The position numbers and the translations under genes were made by a program. From contig JAWMAR010000024.1 in assembly GCA_036785375.1 (NCBI GenBank), positions 4,774,001 to 4,838,000 on the forward strand: DNA of 64,000 nt, given 5' to 3'. The notes beneath the pieces were generated by a model. That model worked only from the letters and a program-made list of their open reading frames with translations, had not been told where the DNA came from and made no database searches. Source of the DNA: Leucoraja ocellata. Lineage: Eukaryota. This document shows, in pieces, positions 1 through 13,605 of the stretch; the first letter of the stretch is position 1; each line of letters starts with the position of its first letter.

Positions 1-495
1 TTGATCAGAATGAACTTAATTGAGAGTGATATTTATTGGTATACAGAATGTAAGTATCTCATGGGACAACAAATTGTACAGCGAGTAGAGATGCTGCCTC
101 AAGCTTCAATGACCCAGGGTTGATTCTGACGGATCCTGTCTGTGTGGAGTCTGCACATCTCCTGATGATTGTGTGGGTGTCCTCCAGGTCCTCCAGTTTC
201 CTCTAACACCCCAAGACCTTTGGGTCAGCGGGTTAATTGGCTGTTGTAAGTTGCCCCAAGTGTGTACGTGAGTGGTAGAATCTGAGGGGAGTAGATAGGA
301 ATGTGAGGAGAAGAAAATGACTCAGGGGTAGGACAAATGTAAAATAGGTACTTGACTTGGTGGGCTGAAGAGTCTGTTTCCATGCTCTCACTGAAGCCCA
401 TATCTATGTAGAAACAAGGAGCTGCAAATGTTGGTTTATCAAGAAAAGACACCAAATGTGCAGTAACTCAGCCGGTCAGGCAGCATCCCTGGAGA

Positions 496-697
496 TGTGT
501 AGACAGGAACCCCAGATGCTGGTTTAAACTGAAGATATACACAAAATGCTGGAGTAACTCAGCGGGACAGGCAGCATCTCTGGAGAGAAGGAATATGCAA
601 GTCTGAAGAAGGGTCTCGACCCGAAATGTCACCCATTCCTTCCGTCCAGTGATGCTGCCTGTCCCGCTGAGTTACTCCAACAATTTGTGCCAATCTT
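496..697. mobile_element. Fold-back Penelope-end insertion nested in another copy (~408-850)
   Basis: Inverted arms (tgctggagtaactcagcgggacaggcagcatc / gatgctgcctgtcccgctgagttactcca). Perfect 15-bp TSD cagcatccctggaga at 481-495 and 698-712. Confidence 0.8.
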
Positions 698-2699
698 CAG
701 CATCCCTGGAGAATCTGGATAGACGATGTTTTTCGCGTCAGGACCCTTCTTTAGACTGCAGAAGTGTCCCGATCTGAAATGCCACCTATCCATCTTTTCC
801 TGGGGATGATGTCTGACCTGCTGATTTACTCCAGCGCTTTGTGTCTTCCCACCTCCATCTAGATGTTCAATGATAGAATGACACAGCACTCCACCATAAG
901 GTCTACATCAGCCGGCTCTTTGAAAGAGCTCTACTCTGAGTCCTACTCCTCAAATCCCTGAAAATGTACTGCCATTGAAAGACACTGTTGAATTTTGCTT
1001 CCACTGTCCTTTGAGCACGTGTGTTGTGGAACATTTAGAGGAGATTTGCTGGTAATTAGATTTAAAATACTGGCCCGTGACCGAATCCATTGAAATGAAG
1101 TTAGTTGGTCATCGCAGTTTAGTGGGTGAGCTGGGGGTTAGTTAAGCAGCCTCAATAATGGGCCAGTGCGATTAGTCATCATTAAGGGGATACTTAGAGC
1201 AACTTGTGAAGCAGAGAAGTGTAATCGGTTGGAGTGCAAGAGTTTCTCTGCAGCTAAAGGCTGGGGAGACAGGGGCACCAAGCTGTGGCAGGCCTCAGCA
1301 GTGGCAGACGGATGGCACAGCAAAATGCTGGAGGAACTCAGCAGGTCAGGCACCATCTGGGAGGGCAATGGACAGGCGACGTTTTGGGTCAGAACCATTC
1401 TTCAGCCCATTGCAATATATATATATATTTTTTTGCAATGAGGGCAATGCTGGCATTGCATACCAAGAACGCAGGAGGCAATGCCCGAAAGGAGACCAGA
1501 TTTTCTACCCTAAGTGGAACTGTGACCAGTTTATTGAATCGCAGATAGTTAATCTGAATTCTAGTTCTTAATATGCCACAGATGACTTGCAACCTCTGGA
1601 TTATTAGGTCAAGCTTCTGCGCTGAGGCCCCAGTCACACAACACTAGATCACCGCTCCCATTGATTATGTAGAGAGCATTCTGATTAAGATGGATCGGTA
1701 GACATAGACGACGCGGGCAAAGTCAGAAAGAGAGAAACAAAGAAAATACCAGGGTGACAGAGAGATAGGAACAGTGTTTGAAAGCTAAGGAAACAGAAAT
1801 AAAGAGACGAATAGATATTTCTTTGGAGAAACTGTGCAAAATTTGATAGAGAAAGAGAAAAGAAAATGGAATAAATCCTGCACAACACACAGCGATGATG
1901 TATTGGATCACAAATGGCTGATTAGCGAATACAGGAAGACAAATTTACCAATCGAAAGAATCTCCAAATGGCAAACCTGCAACTGGAGTAAAATTTAATA
2001 ACCTGCGGCTCGACTGCAGTGTAAAGAACAGCTTTCATTTACTGAGCGGGGATGTGTTTTTTTAGAATACAACGCAAATCGTTGAATCTGATCAATTGGC
2101 ACTGTGAGGAAATGGAAAGCGATTAAAGGCTAAAGTTGTGATGATCACTGGTTTAACACATGGAGATGGAAACTGCTGAATTAGTTCAGTTCATTAAAAT
2201 CATTAATAGTCATGAAATGAAAACCACTTGAGTACAAAGGCTTGAGAATCTATCCGTTTTAATTAGGTGCCAGCAAATCTGAAGTGAAACGCAAGCCTAC
2301 TAGTCGCACATACTTTACAAAGCAACTACTCCTCTCCACAGATCAGTAGGATCTCAATTAAAATTTTGTTTTAATTAAAATTGATCGCATTAAGAAACTG
2401 ATGTGCTTAATTAACTGAATTCCAGGAGTTCCTTGAATGTTTTACGGCTGCATTGTACCATCATTGTTCAGCGTAATAAATAAACCACACTGGAGAATTG
2501 GGTTTCAAACGAACATCTCCAAGTTCTGTTCAATCAAGTTTGTTGCAACTTTTCAAAGTTTTAACACGTCTAACTTGTTTGTCCTGGTGCAGATATCAGT
2601 TGAGAAGGATTGCTGATAACAGCAGGTCAAAGATATCTCAGGCAGACATTCCTGGGAAAGCCATGACATGTGGTTTCATGTAATATCCTACATCTCTGT

Positions 2700-3016
2700 T
2701 AGATGTTGTCAAGCTGGAAAAGGGCGCAGAGAGGATTTATGAGGATGTTGCTTGAGCTATAGGGAGCGGTTGAGCAGGCTAGGACTCTATTCCTTGGAGC
2801 GCAGGTGGATGAGAGGTGATCTTATCGGAGTGAACAAAACCGTGGGGGGAATAGATCGGGTAAACGCACAGAGTCTCTTGCTCAGAGTAGGGGAATCGAG
2901 AACCAGAGGACATAGTTTTAAGTTGGGGGGGGGGGGGGGGGGAAAGATTTAATAGGAACCTGAGGGTGGCGGGTGTATGGAATGAGCTGCTGGAGGAGGT
3001 GGTTGAGGCAGGTACA
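2700..3016 (+). mobile_element. CR1-like LINE fragment
   Basis: SYRERLSRLGLYSLERR...RTRGHSFK. Confidence 0.85.
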
Positions 3017-5529
3017 GGTATTGTTGTGGTGTACATTATTTACAATATGTAAATATCCATCATCCACAGCAACGTGCTAGGTACAAAAAAACTAGAACTG
3101 AACTGTAGTGTTGATCCTACATTTCGTTGCCCATGTCTCACACAACACCCGATTAAGTAGATGATGTTAGCTGCTCATTGAGTTAGTAGACATTGTTTGT
3201 TGTGATTCCTGAGGCAAGGCTGACTCGATCTCCGATTTACTGTACTGCCGTCAATTCTAACTTCATATACAAAATTACATTCTGTAACTGGGGACAAAAT
3301 GCTCATCTGAAGACATTTCTTCATGGCAGCACAGTGGCTTAGTTTAAATTAGTTTAGTTTAGTTTGTTTAGGGATACAGCATGGAAATAGGACTTTCGAC
3401 CCAGCAGGTCCAACCCGACCATTGATTGCCCACACACTTGTTGCATGTTACACCACTTTCACATTCGACACTCTTGGGGCAATTTACAGAGGCCAATTAA
3501 CCTACAAACCTGCACATCTTTGGAATGTGGGTAGAACCCGGAGCGCCCGAAGAAAACCCACACGGTCACAGGGAGAATGCGCAAACTCCGCACAGACAGC
3601 ACCCGAGGTCAGGCTCGAACCCGGGTCTCCGGAGCTGTGAGGTTAGTTGCTGACTTACAGTGCCAGAAACCCGGATTCCATCCTGACCTCGGGTGCTATC
3701 TGCATGGAGTTGCTTCATTCAACCACATGGGTTTTCTCCAGGTGCTCCGGCTTCCTCCCACACTCCAAAGATGTGCAGATTTGTAGGTTAATTGGCTTCT
3801 GCAAAATTGTCTCTAGTGTGTAGCATAGAACTAGTGTACAAGTGATCGCTGGTTGGCACGGCTCGGATCTGTGGATGCTTGTTTAAACCAAAGGCAGACA
3901 CAGAGTGTTCGAATAACTCAGCGGGTTAGGCAGCATCTCTGAAGAAAAAGGATTGGTGACGTTTCGGATTGGGATCTTTCTTCAGACTGGGGGTGAGATT
4001 AGAGTAGAGCTAAGAGTCAAGAGTTATTCTACTACCCTGACCTACTCCAAACAGCAAACTTGTCCACGGTGTCAAACCACATAAAAAGTTTGTTTCAACA
4101 TCTCCAAGACATGGCACGGACAATCTCATGCACAACCAATGTTTGATGCAAACTAGGAAACAGCCTGTAGGATCCATAGACAAGTTTGCAGAAGATGATT
4201 CCCAGATCAACAGTCACGGAGCACTTGAGCAGTTGGAAACAACAAAGAGTTTCAGCAAAAGATAATCTGAGTCGTTGGGGGAGATGTTGTAGAGTTAACA
4301 ATAGACAGCCTTTGTGATGAAAGGATATAGGGTGGGAAATTCAGATCAAGATCAAATATGACATCAGAATTCTTAGTGGCACAAAATGCTGGAGTAACTC
4401 AGCGGGTCTCTGAAGAAAAGAAATAGGTGATGTTTCGGGTTGGAGCCTCGTCAGACTGAAAGAAGGGTTCTGACCCAAAATGTCTTCCAGTCTGATAAAG
4501 AGTTCTGACCTGAAACTTCACCTATTCCTTTTCTCCAGAGATGCTGTCTGACCCCGTTAAGTTACTCCAGTATTTTGTGTCTATCTTCAGTGGAAACTAT
4601 TATCTGCAGTTCCTCCTACACTGCTGATAGGGAGAGGTTGGGCTGGGCATAACTTTATTCCTTGAACCATCGGAGACTGATGGGTGATCTTATAGAGGTG
4701 TATACTATCATGAGAGGAATAGATAAGGTAATGCACACAATCTTATACCCAGGATTGGGGAAACGAGAACTATAGGGCAGAGGTTGATGGTGAGAGGGGA
4801 AAGAAGGGTTCCAACCCAAAATTCCATCACAAATTCTTTTTCTCCAGAGACGCTGCCTGACCCGCTGAGTCAATCCAGCTTTTTGTGTCTATCTTCGGTA
4901 TAAACCAGCATCTGCAGTTCCTTCCTACACAGATTGCTGAGTGGTCTGGTCTGAGCAGCAGGGATGTTGAGAAGGAAAACAATTATTAAGGCTTCTTGCA
5001 GGAACTCTGCGCCCAATCATTTAGTAACCTCGGACTAAAATAGGAAATACACTTGCACACAGTAGCATCTTGTTCATCGACAGAACCTTCCCCATTATTA
5101 AATCCACAAGTGGTTTTAGTCATTGTGAAAGATGTGAGGGGAGCATGACCCTAGACAGTAAAAATGCTCGTAAAATAAAATATTCTTGTTTGGAAATACA
5201 GCATCTGACTTCTCCTTGATAACATTATGAACCAGAGGCATAAAGCAACAGCACTGACAGCTTCAGTATTACATGGTGCATGTACTCCCTTCCTTCTTGC
5301 CGATAAACCACATGCCAGCGCTGCCCAGCCACTGGGGCATTCGCTGCCATGGAATGCCAACATTAAGAGTGGGTAAAGTGAAACTAACCAACAATGGGGC
5401 CTTGCATTTATACAGCAGCTTAAACGTGGCAGAATATCCCAAGAATCTTCACAGGACCTTCATTAAAAAATAGTTGAGTCAGATAGTAATATTAGAACGG
5501 ACAGGAAAATGGAAGGTTTTAGAATATAA

Positions 5530-5807
5530 AACTTAGAATAGGCCTTTCAGCCAACCAATCTTGCACCGGCCAGTGATCGCCCCCATACACTAACACTATC
5601 TGACACACACACTAGGGATAGGTTTTTACAATTTTACTGAAGCCACTTCACCTGTACGTCTGTGGAGTGCGGGAGGTAACTGGATCACCTCACGCAGTCA
5701 CAGGAAGAACGTACACACTCCATACAGACAGCACCCGTGGTCAGGATCGGACCCGGGTCTCGGGAGCTGTAAGGCAGCAACTCTACCGCTGCGCCACCGT
5801 GCCGCCC
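5530..5807 (-). mobile_element. HE1-like SINE
   Basis: Head ...ctctaccgctgcgccaccgtgccgccc. Confidence 0.8.
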
Positions 5808-6699
5808 TTTCTGCTGAACTTTCTGCAAACTTCGGGAGGAACTGAGTGAATCAGGTGGCATCTGTAGAGGGGAAACGGACAGCGTTTCAGGTTGAGGCCC
5901 TTCTTCAGACTGGCAGATATCGTTTCAGGTTGGGACTCTTCTTCCGACTCCTGAAACGTTGTTTGTCCATTTGCCTCCACATATGCTGCCTGACCCGCTG
6001 GGTGTCCTGTTTAGCTCAAGATTCCAGCATCTGCAATCTCTTGTGTCTCATATTCCACCCCATTACCCGCCCACCTGTCAACTGCGTAACCATCAGACTC
6101 TGTCATCGGTCCAGCTACATTCACCTTCCTCATGCTACCTCTACTTTGGGGAGCAGACCAGTTCCCACGCTGAATGGTTTTAAAACAATTTGAAACCATG
6201 CTGCAAACAGGGATTGAGACAGATGGACTGTGATGCAAAATGATTTCCCTCCAGGGACCTTCAGAATAAGCTGACAGTATAAATGGTGCGTGAAGCTTAT
6301 TAAACAGGAAAGGAGCCCTTTCTACTGATCCACCCCCTTCTTCACTGGAAGTCAGGCTGCCAAAGTGCGACCACTCTGCATAATATTGATTTGCCCAGTG
6401 TCGATAAATTAATTGCCACGCAGTCAGAATAGCTCTTGGCCACTTAATGCTCCAAGCAAAAAAAAAAAAAAGTAATCAGTTTGATTGATAAACAAGGACC
6501 CAGTTAAAGCAGGTTTAATGAACATCTGCCTGGCCTCAGCTCCATAAACGGGACTCGCTTTGCACCTCTGGAATCTTAAATTATAGCAAAAGGCAGGGAC
6601 CACGGCAGAGATTCATTGCCATGAAACTATACATCTCCATCACCACCGCAACTGCTCCCAAGTTGAGGCTTTGCATTCCAGGACATCGGTACAAACTCG

Positions 6700-7100
6700 C
6701 TGGTATTTAGGGGAGGATGGGGGTGGGGGACACCTCATGGGAAGCTACCGAATCACGAAAGGCCTGGGTGGAGTGGATGTGGAGAGGATGTTTCCGCTAG
6801 TGGGAGAATCTAGGACCAGAGGCCACAGCCTCAGAATATAAGGACGTACTTTTAGAAAGGTATGGAGGTGGAATTTCTTTAGTCAGAGGGTGGTGAATGG
6901 ATGGAGTTCGTTGCCACAGATGGCTGTGGAGGTCAAGTCAATGGAGGAGATTGACAGATTCCTGACTAGTACGGGTGTCAGGGGTTATGGGGAGAAGGCA
7001 GGAGAATGGGGTTGAGAGGGAAAGATAGATCAGCCATGATTGAATGGCGGAGTAGACTTGATGGGTTGAATGGCTTAATTCTGCTCGGAGAACTTATGAA
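6700..7100 (+). mobile_element. CR1/HER1-like LINE 3' end
   Basis: ggaccagaggccacagcctcagaat...ttctttagtcagagggtggtgaat...cagccatgattgaatggcggag tail. Similar fragments at ~27130-27540, 35920-36300, 53175-53510. Confidence 0.8.
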
Positions 7101-7199
7101 CTTGTGATCTTTCTTTAGTAAACGTGGGTTCCTCCTGCTGTTAAAGATGGATCGCTCACCCACGTCTCCTCTGTGTCCCGTAGTTCGGGTCATGCTCCC

Positions 7200-8390
7200 C
7201 CTCCCCTCATAAGGAACAAGAATAGAATCCCCCCAGTCCTCACCTTTTTACCCCACCGGCCTCCACATCCAACACGTCATTCTCCGACATTTCTGCCAGC
7301 TTCAACATGATCCCACCACTAGTCACATCTTCCCATTCCCACCCCTTTCTGCCTTCTACAGAGACCGCTCACACTGCAACGCCTTGTTTCACTCATCCCT
7401 TCCCACCCGAACTAAACCCTCCCCAAGTACTTTCTCCTGCAACCGCTAACACCAGTCCCCTCACATGCTGTGCATCCAGGGACTCCAGCGGTCCTTCCAG
7501 TTGAGGCAGAGGTTTACATGCACCTCCTCTAACCTCATCTGCTGCATTCAGTGTACCTGGTGAGACCTCCTTAATGTTGGCAAGACCAAGCCTAGACTCA
7601 GCAACTGTTTTGCCAAACACTTGTGCCTGGTCCGCCAAGGCCTGTTGGATCTACCGGTTCCCAACCATTTTAACTACACTACCCATTCCAATGCTGACCT
7701 TCCTGTCCTGGGCCGTCTCCAGTGCCAGGTTGAGGCCACATGCAAACTGGAGGAATAGCACCTCATATTCTACTTGGATCACAATCTCATAAGGCCATAA
7801 GTGATAGGAGTAGAATTAGGTCATTTGGCCCATCCAGCCTGCTCCGCCATTCAGTCATGGCTGATCTATCTCTCTCTCTCTTAACCCCATTCTCCTGCCT
7901 TCTCCCCAGAACCCCTGACACCCGTACTAATCAAGAATCTATCTCTTCCTTAAAATTATCTATTGATGGCCTCCATAGCCTTCTGTGGCAAAGAATTCCA
8001 CAGATTCACCACCCTCTGACTAAATAAATTCCTCCTCATCTCCTTCCTAAAGGAGCATCCTTTAATTATGAGGTTATGACCTCTAGTCCTAGACTCTCCC
8101 ATTATTGGAAACATCCTTCCACATCCACTGTATACAGGCCTTTAACTATTCAGTAACTTTCAATGATGTCCATTCAATTTAATGGTATGAACATTGAATT
8201 CTCCAATTTTAGGTAACTAACCTACAACCCCTGTTGTTTCTTCTCCTCACCCTTTCTCTGTGTCCTATGCGGTTTTGCACCCATTTTTCCGCTTTACCCT
8301 CCCCCTCCCCCTCCCCTTCCACCTGCATTCTTTCCTCTCTCTTCACAATTCTACCTAACCTTATCTCATACTTTTTATCCTTTCATCCTG
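7200..8390 (+). mobile_element. Decayed Penelope-like GIY-YIG region interrupted by a CR1-like LINE 3' fragment (~7786-8170, minus strand)
   Basis: gaggtttacatgcacctcctctaacctcatct...aaactggaggaatagcacctcatatt is homologous to the 15074-15472 element, and resumes at 8176 (tttaatggtatgaacattgaattctcc). Confidence 0.75.
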
Positions 8391-8404
8391 TGACTGAAAA
8401 CAGT

Positions 8405-8716
8405 AGTTGAGTTTAGTTTAGAGACACAGTGCAGAAACAGGCCCTTCAGACCACCGAGTCCACGCTGACCAGCGAACCCTGCATGCTAACACTATCCTAC
8501 ACACACTTGGGATCATTTACAATTAACTTACAAGGCAATTAACCTATAAACCTGTACGTCTTGGGAGTGTGGGAGGAAAGTGGAGTACCCGCAGAAAACC
8601 CAGGCAACTCATGGGGAGAACATACAAACTCCGTACGGACAGCACCAGTAGTCAGGGTCAAACCCAGGTCTCTGGCGCTGTAAGGCAGCAACTCTACCGC
8701 TGCGCCACCGTGCCGT
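8405..8716 (-). mobile_element. HE1-like SINE
   Basis: Same head, core and tail in reverse orientation. Confidence 0.88.
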
Positions 8717-10688
8717 GTAAATGTATGAAATACACAGCAGATCAGACAGCATTGCATAAGGAGAAACAATGAACCTTTCATGCCTGACAGAGCCGTTTTC
8801 CCAGCGTTGAAATGTCAAAGACTAAAGGGCATATCTTTACGATGAGAAGCGCAAAGTTTAACGGAGATGTGCGGAGCAAGTTATTTATCCCAGAGTGTGG
8901 TCGGTGCCTGGAACGTGCCGCTGGAATTGGCGGTGGAGGCAGGGTGTATAGGCGGATTAAGAGGGTTTAAGAGGAACATGGGTGGACAGGGTATGGAAGG
9001 ATATGGATTACATGCAGGAAGAGGAGATTAGTTCAACTTGGCATCATGTTGGGCATGGACATTATGCATCAAAGGACCTGTTGCTGTTCTTTACTGTTCT
9101 ATGTCCTATGTTCCGATATGTTGTCAGAAAGGCTGTGACCAGATGTGGTAATGGGTGCTGCTACAAGCAGATTATTTGCCTATGTAATGTGTTGGGAATA
9201 ACTAGAAAGACTGGGGGAGAGAAGAGGAAAGTTCGTTTTACAGAGAAAGTTTTGATATTTGTCTATTATTGTTATGTGGCCCTTCCATATCTCTGTGTCT
9301 CCCTCTACCCTGACTCTCAGTCTGAAGGAGGGTCTCAATCCTAAACACCACCCATTCCTTCTATCTAGAGATGCTGCCTGTCCTGCTGAGTTACTCCAGC
9401 ATTTTGTGTCTATCTTCTATGTGGTGAGTGCAACAGGTCGACCAAAGAAAGAAAACAGAGTGTGAAATATAATGGTACCATTGTAGGGAAAGTGCATTTT
9501 TTTTAAAAATGTGCAGGGGCCACAACAAGATAGGTTGGAAGATGGAGGATACATCCGATAAGAGTTCAGTTCTCGATTCTGATAACAGTTGAGTAGAAGC
9601 TGTTCCTGAATCTGGCAGTCCGTGCTATCAAGATTTTGTATCTCCTGCCCGATGGGAGAATGGAGAAGAGGGAATGATCGGGGTGTGAGTAATTGTTGAA
9701 CGTGTTAACTGCTTGACGTAGGTGAGGTCTGGAACGCACTGCTGGGAAGGATGATCCAAGGGAAAAAACTCCTCATATTTAAACTCTACCTCGATGGGTG
9801 CATGACATGTTGTAACCTGCAGGGCTAAGGATTTAAAGCCGGTGGATAGGATTAATGACTGTCTATGACCAGCACATACAGCACAAGTTCCATGTTCTCC
9901 CTCTCTGTGGCAACTTCTCCGTCCATCTATGAGCCAGTTTGCCGTTGATTCACATGCGGGTGATACTTTGCCAACTGAGGCAGATGATCGAAAGGGTCCA
10001 TGGTGAGATTTGCACTGCAGGACTACGAGATCCTCAGAAAATTTCATCACCAAGTTTCTCCATTGTCAATTTTCTCATCGGGAGCTGAGTTAACTAAGCT
10101 CAGTTTTCAGGAAGACTAGTTCCTTTCATTTGCCTCCAAAGACCTTTGGGCCATTGATTCACACCATCCTCATGATACATGCTGGCATGAAAGGCAGGTT
10201 TTTTAATTGAAGGTTGCTGGATAGTTTTGATTACACTGAGGAACAGTTTGCTTTATCGGAGCTCCCAAGTTGCATATTTAAAGGGATAGTTTGTGCAAGT
10301 AATACCTTCAGGGGTGGTGTGGCCTGCTCCTGTTGAGTCACCTATGTGCACAGCTGATAACATAGAACATAGTAAAGTGCATCATAGGAACAGGGCCTTC
10401 AACCCACTATGTAATTAGATGTGGCCCTTGTGGCTAAAGGGATCAGGGGCTATGGAGAGAAGGCAGGGATGGGATACTGAGTTGGATGATCAGCCATGAT
10501 CATATCGAATGGCGGTGCAGGCTCGAAGGGCCGAATGGCCTACTCCTGCACCTATTTTCTATGTTTCTATGTTTCTATGTCTGTGCCAAACATGATGCCA
10601 AGTTGATCTAATCTCCTCTGACTGCATGTGATCCATATCCCTCCATTCCTTGCATCCATGTGCCTATCTAACAGACTCTTCAACATGA

Positions 10689-10986
10689 AGTTTAGTGTAG
10701 AGATAGTGCATGGACACAGGCCCTTCAGCCCACCGAGACAGTGCCAGCCATCAATCACCCCATACACTGGTTCTATCCTACATATTAGGGACAATTTACA
10801 GAAGCCAACTAATCTACAAACCTGCACGTCTTTGGAATGTGGGAGGAAACCGGAGCACCGGGAGAAACGCATGTAGTCACAGGGAGAGTGGGCAAGCTCT
10901 GTACAGACAGCAGCCGTAGTCAGGATCGAACCCGGATCTCTGGCGCTGTGAAGTGGCAACTCTACCGCTGTGCCACCGTGCCGCCC
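10689..10986 (-). mobile_element. HE1-like SINE
   Basis: Same head, core and tail in reverse orientation. Confidence 0.88.
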
Positions 10987-11861
10987 AGTGTGGGAGGTGG
11001 GATCTGAACCCAGGTTTCGGGACTGTTGGCCCATGTGTCTGGGTTATGAAACCTGCTGGTGTGCTCCTTCTGTAAGCTACCATTCCACGATTCCCAAAAC
11101 TGCTCCAGTTGAGGATTTCTGTTACAGAAGTCAAAATCTTCGAATGCAGTTCAATGCCTCCAACATACTGCAGCTTTGGGGGCCTCTGGTGGTGACAACA
11201 CACAACTGCAATTAGGGCAAATGTTTCTGAGACCAGATACAAAATAAGGTCACAGAGTGCTGGAGTAACTCAGCGGGTCATGCAGCATCTCTCGATAGAT
11301 GATGTTTCAGGTCTGGACCTTTCTTCAGACCCAAAACGTTGCCAATTCATGTTCTCGGGAGATGCTGCCTGATCCACTCCATTTGGTAACTTTTTTGGTA
11401 AACCAGCATCTGCAGTTCCTTGTGTCCTCAAAATAAGGTGGAGGCTCTAGAGACTGCAGAAGCTGGAGCCTGGAGCAACAAAAGGCGAGTAGCTGGAGGA
11501 ATTGAGAAACGGCTGACAAGTTGATTCAGGAAGCGATGGACCGGAATGCAAGAAGATGGGAGAGTTGAGAGGTCAACCGTTTGCGAACAGTCACCAGTCA
11601 TCTTTATCTTGAGAAACCCAAGTACATTGTGCCGTTTTGACAGATCAAGCACTCGAGATGAAGACTTCCTTCAGTATCCAGTGGATCTGAAATCACACCG
11701 AGCCTGAACCAACATTTGGACTGCAGGATTTGAGCTGATTGAAGATCCGATTGTCACAGTTCCAAAAGGTCATCACTGCAAGGATTGCTCAGAACTTCTA
11801 TCGATGCTAGATTCACCATATGAAGCATGTATAACAAAGTCACAGATCATTTGAAGCTTAA

Positions 11862-12181
11862 GGGCAGCACGGTGGTGCAGCGGTAGAGTTGCCGCATTAC
11901 AGCGCCAGAGACCCGGGTTCGATCCTGACTACAGGGTACTGCCTGTATAGAGTTTGTATGTTCTCCCCGTGACCTGCTTGGGTTTTCTCCAGTTGCTCAG
12001 GTTTCCTCCCACACTCCAACAACGTACAGGTTTGTAGGTTAATTGGCTTCTGGAAAAATTGTCCCTGGTGTGTGTGTAGGATAGTGTTAGTGTTAGTGTA
12101 CAAGGATCATTGATCATTGGGGACACAGTGGGCTGAAGGGTCTGTTTCCACACTGTATCTCTAAATCTAAACTAAACTAAA
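11862..12181 (+). mobile_element. HE1-like tRNA-derived V-SINE
   Basis: A box tggtgcagcgg, B box ggttcgatcc, V-domain, LINE-like tail, (ctaaa)n. Confidence 0.9.
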
Positions 12182-12679
12182 GTAAATGATACCTTGTCTG
12201 GAGTAGTTAAAAATCAGCAACAGAATTTAAAGTTTTGGCAAAGAAGGGGTAGAGAGATGATTTGATTTTAATGTTTGTGATTCTGAAGGAATTAGTTCGA
12301 ACCATAACGGCTATTTCTCCTAGTCCAGAACTTTAAAAGCAGATCTAGAAGACAAAACAGCACAATACAAATCTGCAGAAACACTGCATTAGTGATAAGT
12401 GAACAATTTCTGGTAAGACTGGGAGATAGTATACAGAACATAGAACTGTACAGCACAGGAACAGGCCCCTCATCCCACAATGTCTGTGACCAACATGATC
12501 CCAAGTTCAACTAATCTCCAATGCCTGCATGTGATACATACCCATGCATTCTCTGCCTAAGCCATGTGCCTACCTAAAAGCCTCTCAAACATCGCTACTG
12601 TATCTGCTTCCACCACCACCCCTGGCAGCATTTTCCATGCTCCAACCATTCTCTGCAAAAAACTTCCCCCGCACATTTA

Positions 12680-13605
12680 TCTATCTATATATCTATATAT
12701 ATAACCAAAACTCTCATCTTGTTATCTTCCAGTTTGCGTTGTTTTTCTATTTGCGCAGAAATGGTGCAGGATAACGCTACGAATTTTCACCACCTTACCT
12801 ACCATTCTTCTGTGCTGCAAGTGCAACAAGTTTTGTTCCGACCGATGGTATATTTTAAAAGTTTAAACATCTTAAAAAATTCACATTCACAGATTGGTCT
12901 CCTCTCCTGTCAATCACTGCCACACAGATTGGTCTCCTCTCCTGTCAATCACCGCCACAGACGGGAAGGCGACGCCCCTTCCTGCACCATCGCCGTACTG
13001 ATTGGCCGCGTCCACTGTCAATCACCGGTGGCACCCGCCTCGCCTGGCATTGCCCGGCGCCTCAGTCACAGTTGGCGGAGGGCATGGCCACCGCCACAGC
13101 CGCCAGGGAAATGGCCCGCCGCGAGGAGAGGGAGGTTATGAGGGAGGGATTGGGGGAGGGAGGAGGAGAGGGGAAAGCAGAGTAGAGTAGTGGGAGTGCT
13201 GGGGGAGGAGGGGGAATAGAGGGAGAGGATGGGGGTGTGGGGGAAGTGAGGAGGGATAGTGGGGGGGTAGGGGTAGGTGAGGAGTGGGGGAGGTGGGGGA
13301 TAGAGGGATAGGAGGGGTTACGTAGGGGAGAGGAGTTATGGAGGGAGGGAGGGAGGGAGGGGTGACTGAGGGTAGGGGAAAGGAGGGGGAAGGAGAAGTG
13401 AGGGAGTGATTGGGGAGGGGAGGAGGAGTGGGAAAGGAGAGGGAGGATGAAAAGTAGGGGGAGGGAGTGCAGGAGGATGAGGGGAAATGAACCGCGCCTG
13501 CGCAGTTGGGGGCTATGGGTAAGTGGTGGAATATTGCCTTGGAGGAATGGGTTGCATTGGGGGAACGGGTGAGTGGTGGAATATTGGGTTGGGGGAGCAG
13601 ACTAA
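12680..13605 (+). mobile_element. Possible non-autonomous Helitron-like element
   Basis: Starts TCTAT...CTATATATATAA inside a LINE tail. Contains a 30-bp direct repeat (cacagattggtctcctctcctgtcaatcac x2), a GC-rich core and a G/A-rich tract. No CTAG/hairpin 3' end seen. Confidence 0.45.

Noticed and set aside
11862-11935. tRNA genes (A/B boxes here and in ~20 similar sites)
   Set aside because: These are SINE heads that continue into the V-domain and LINE-like tail.
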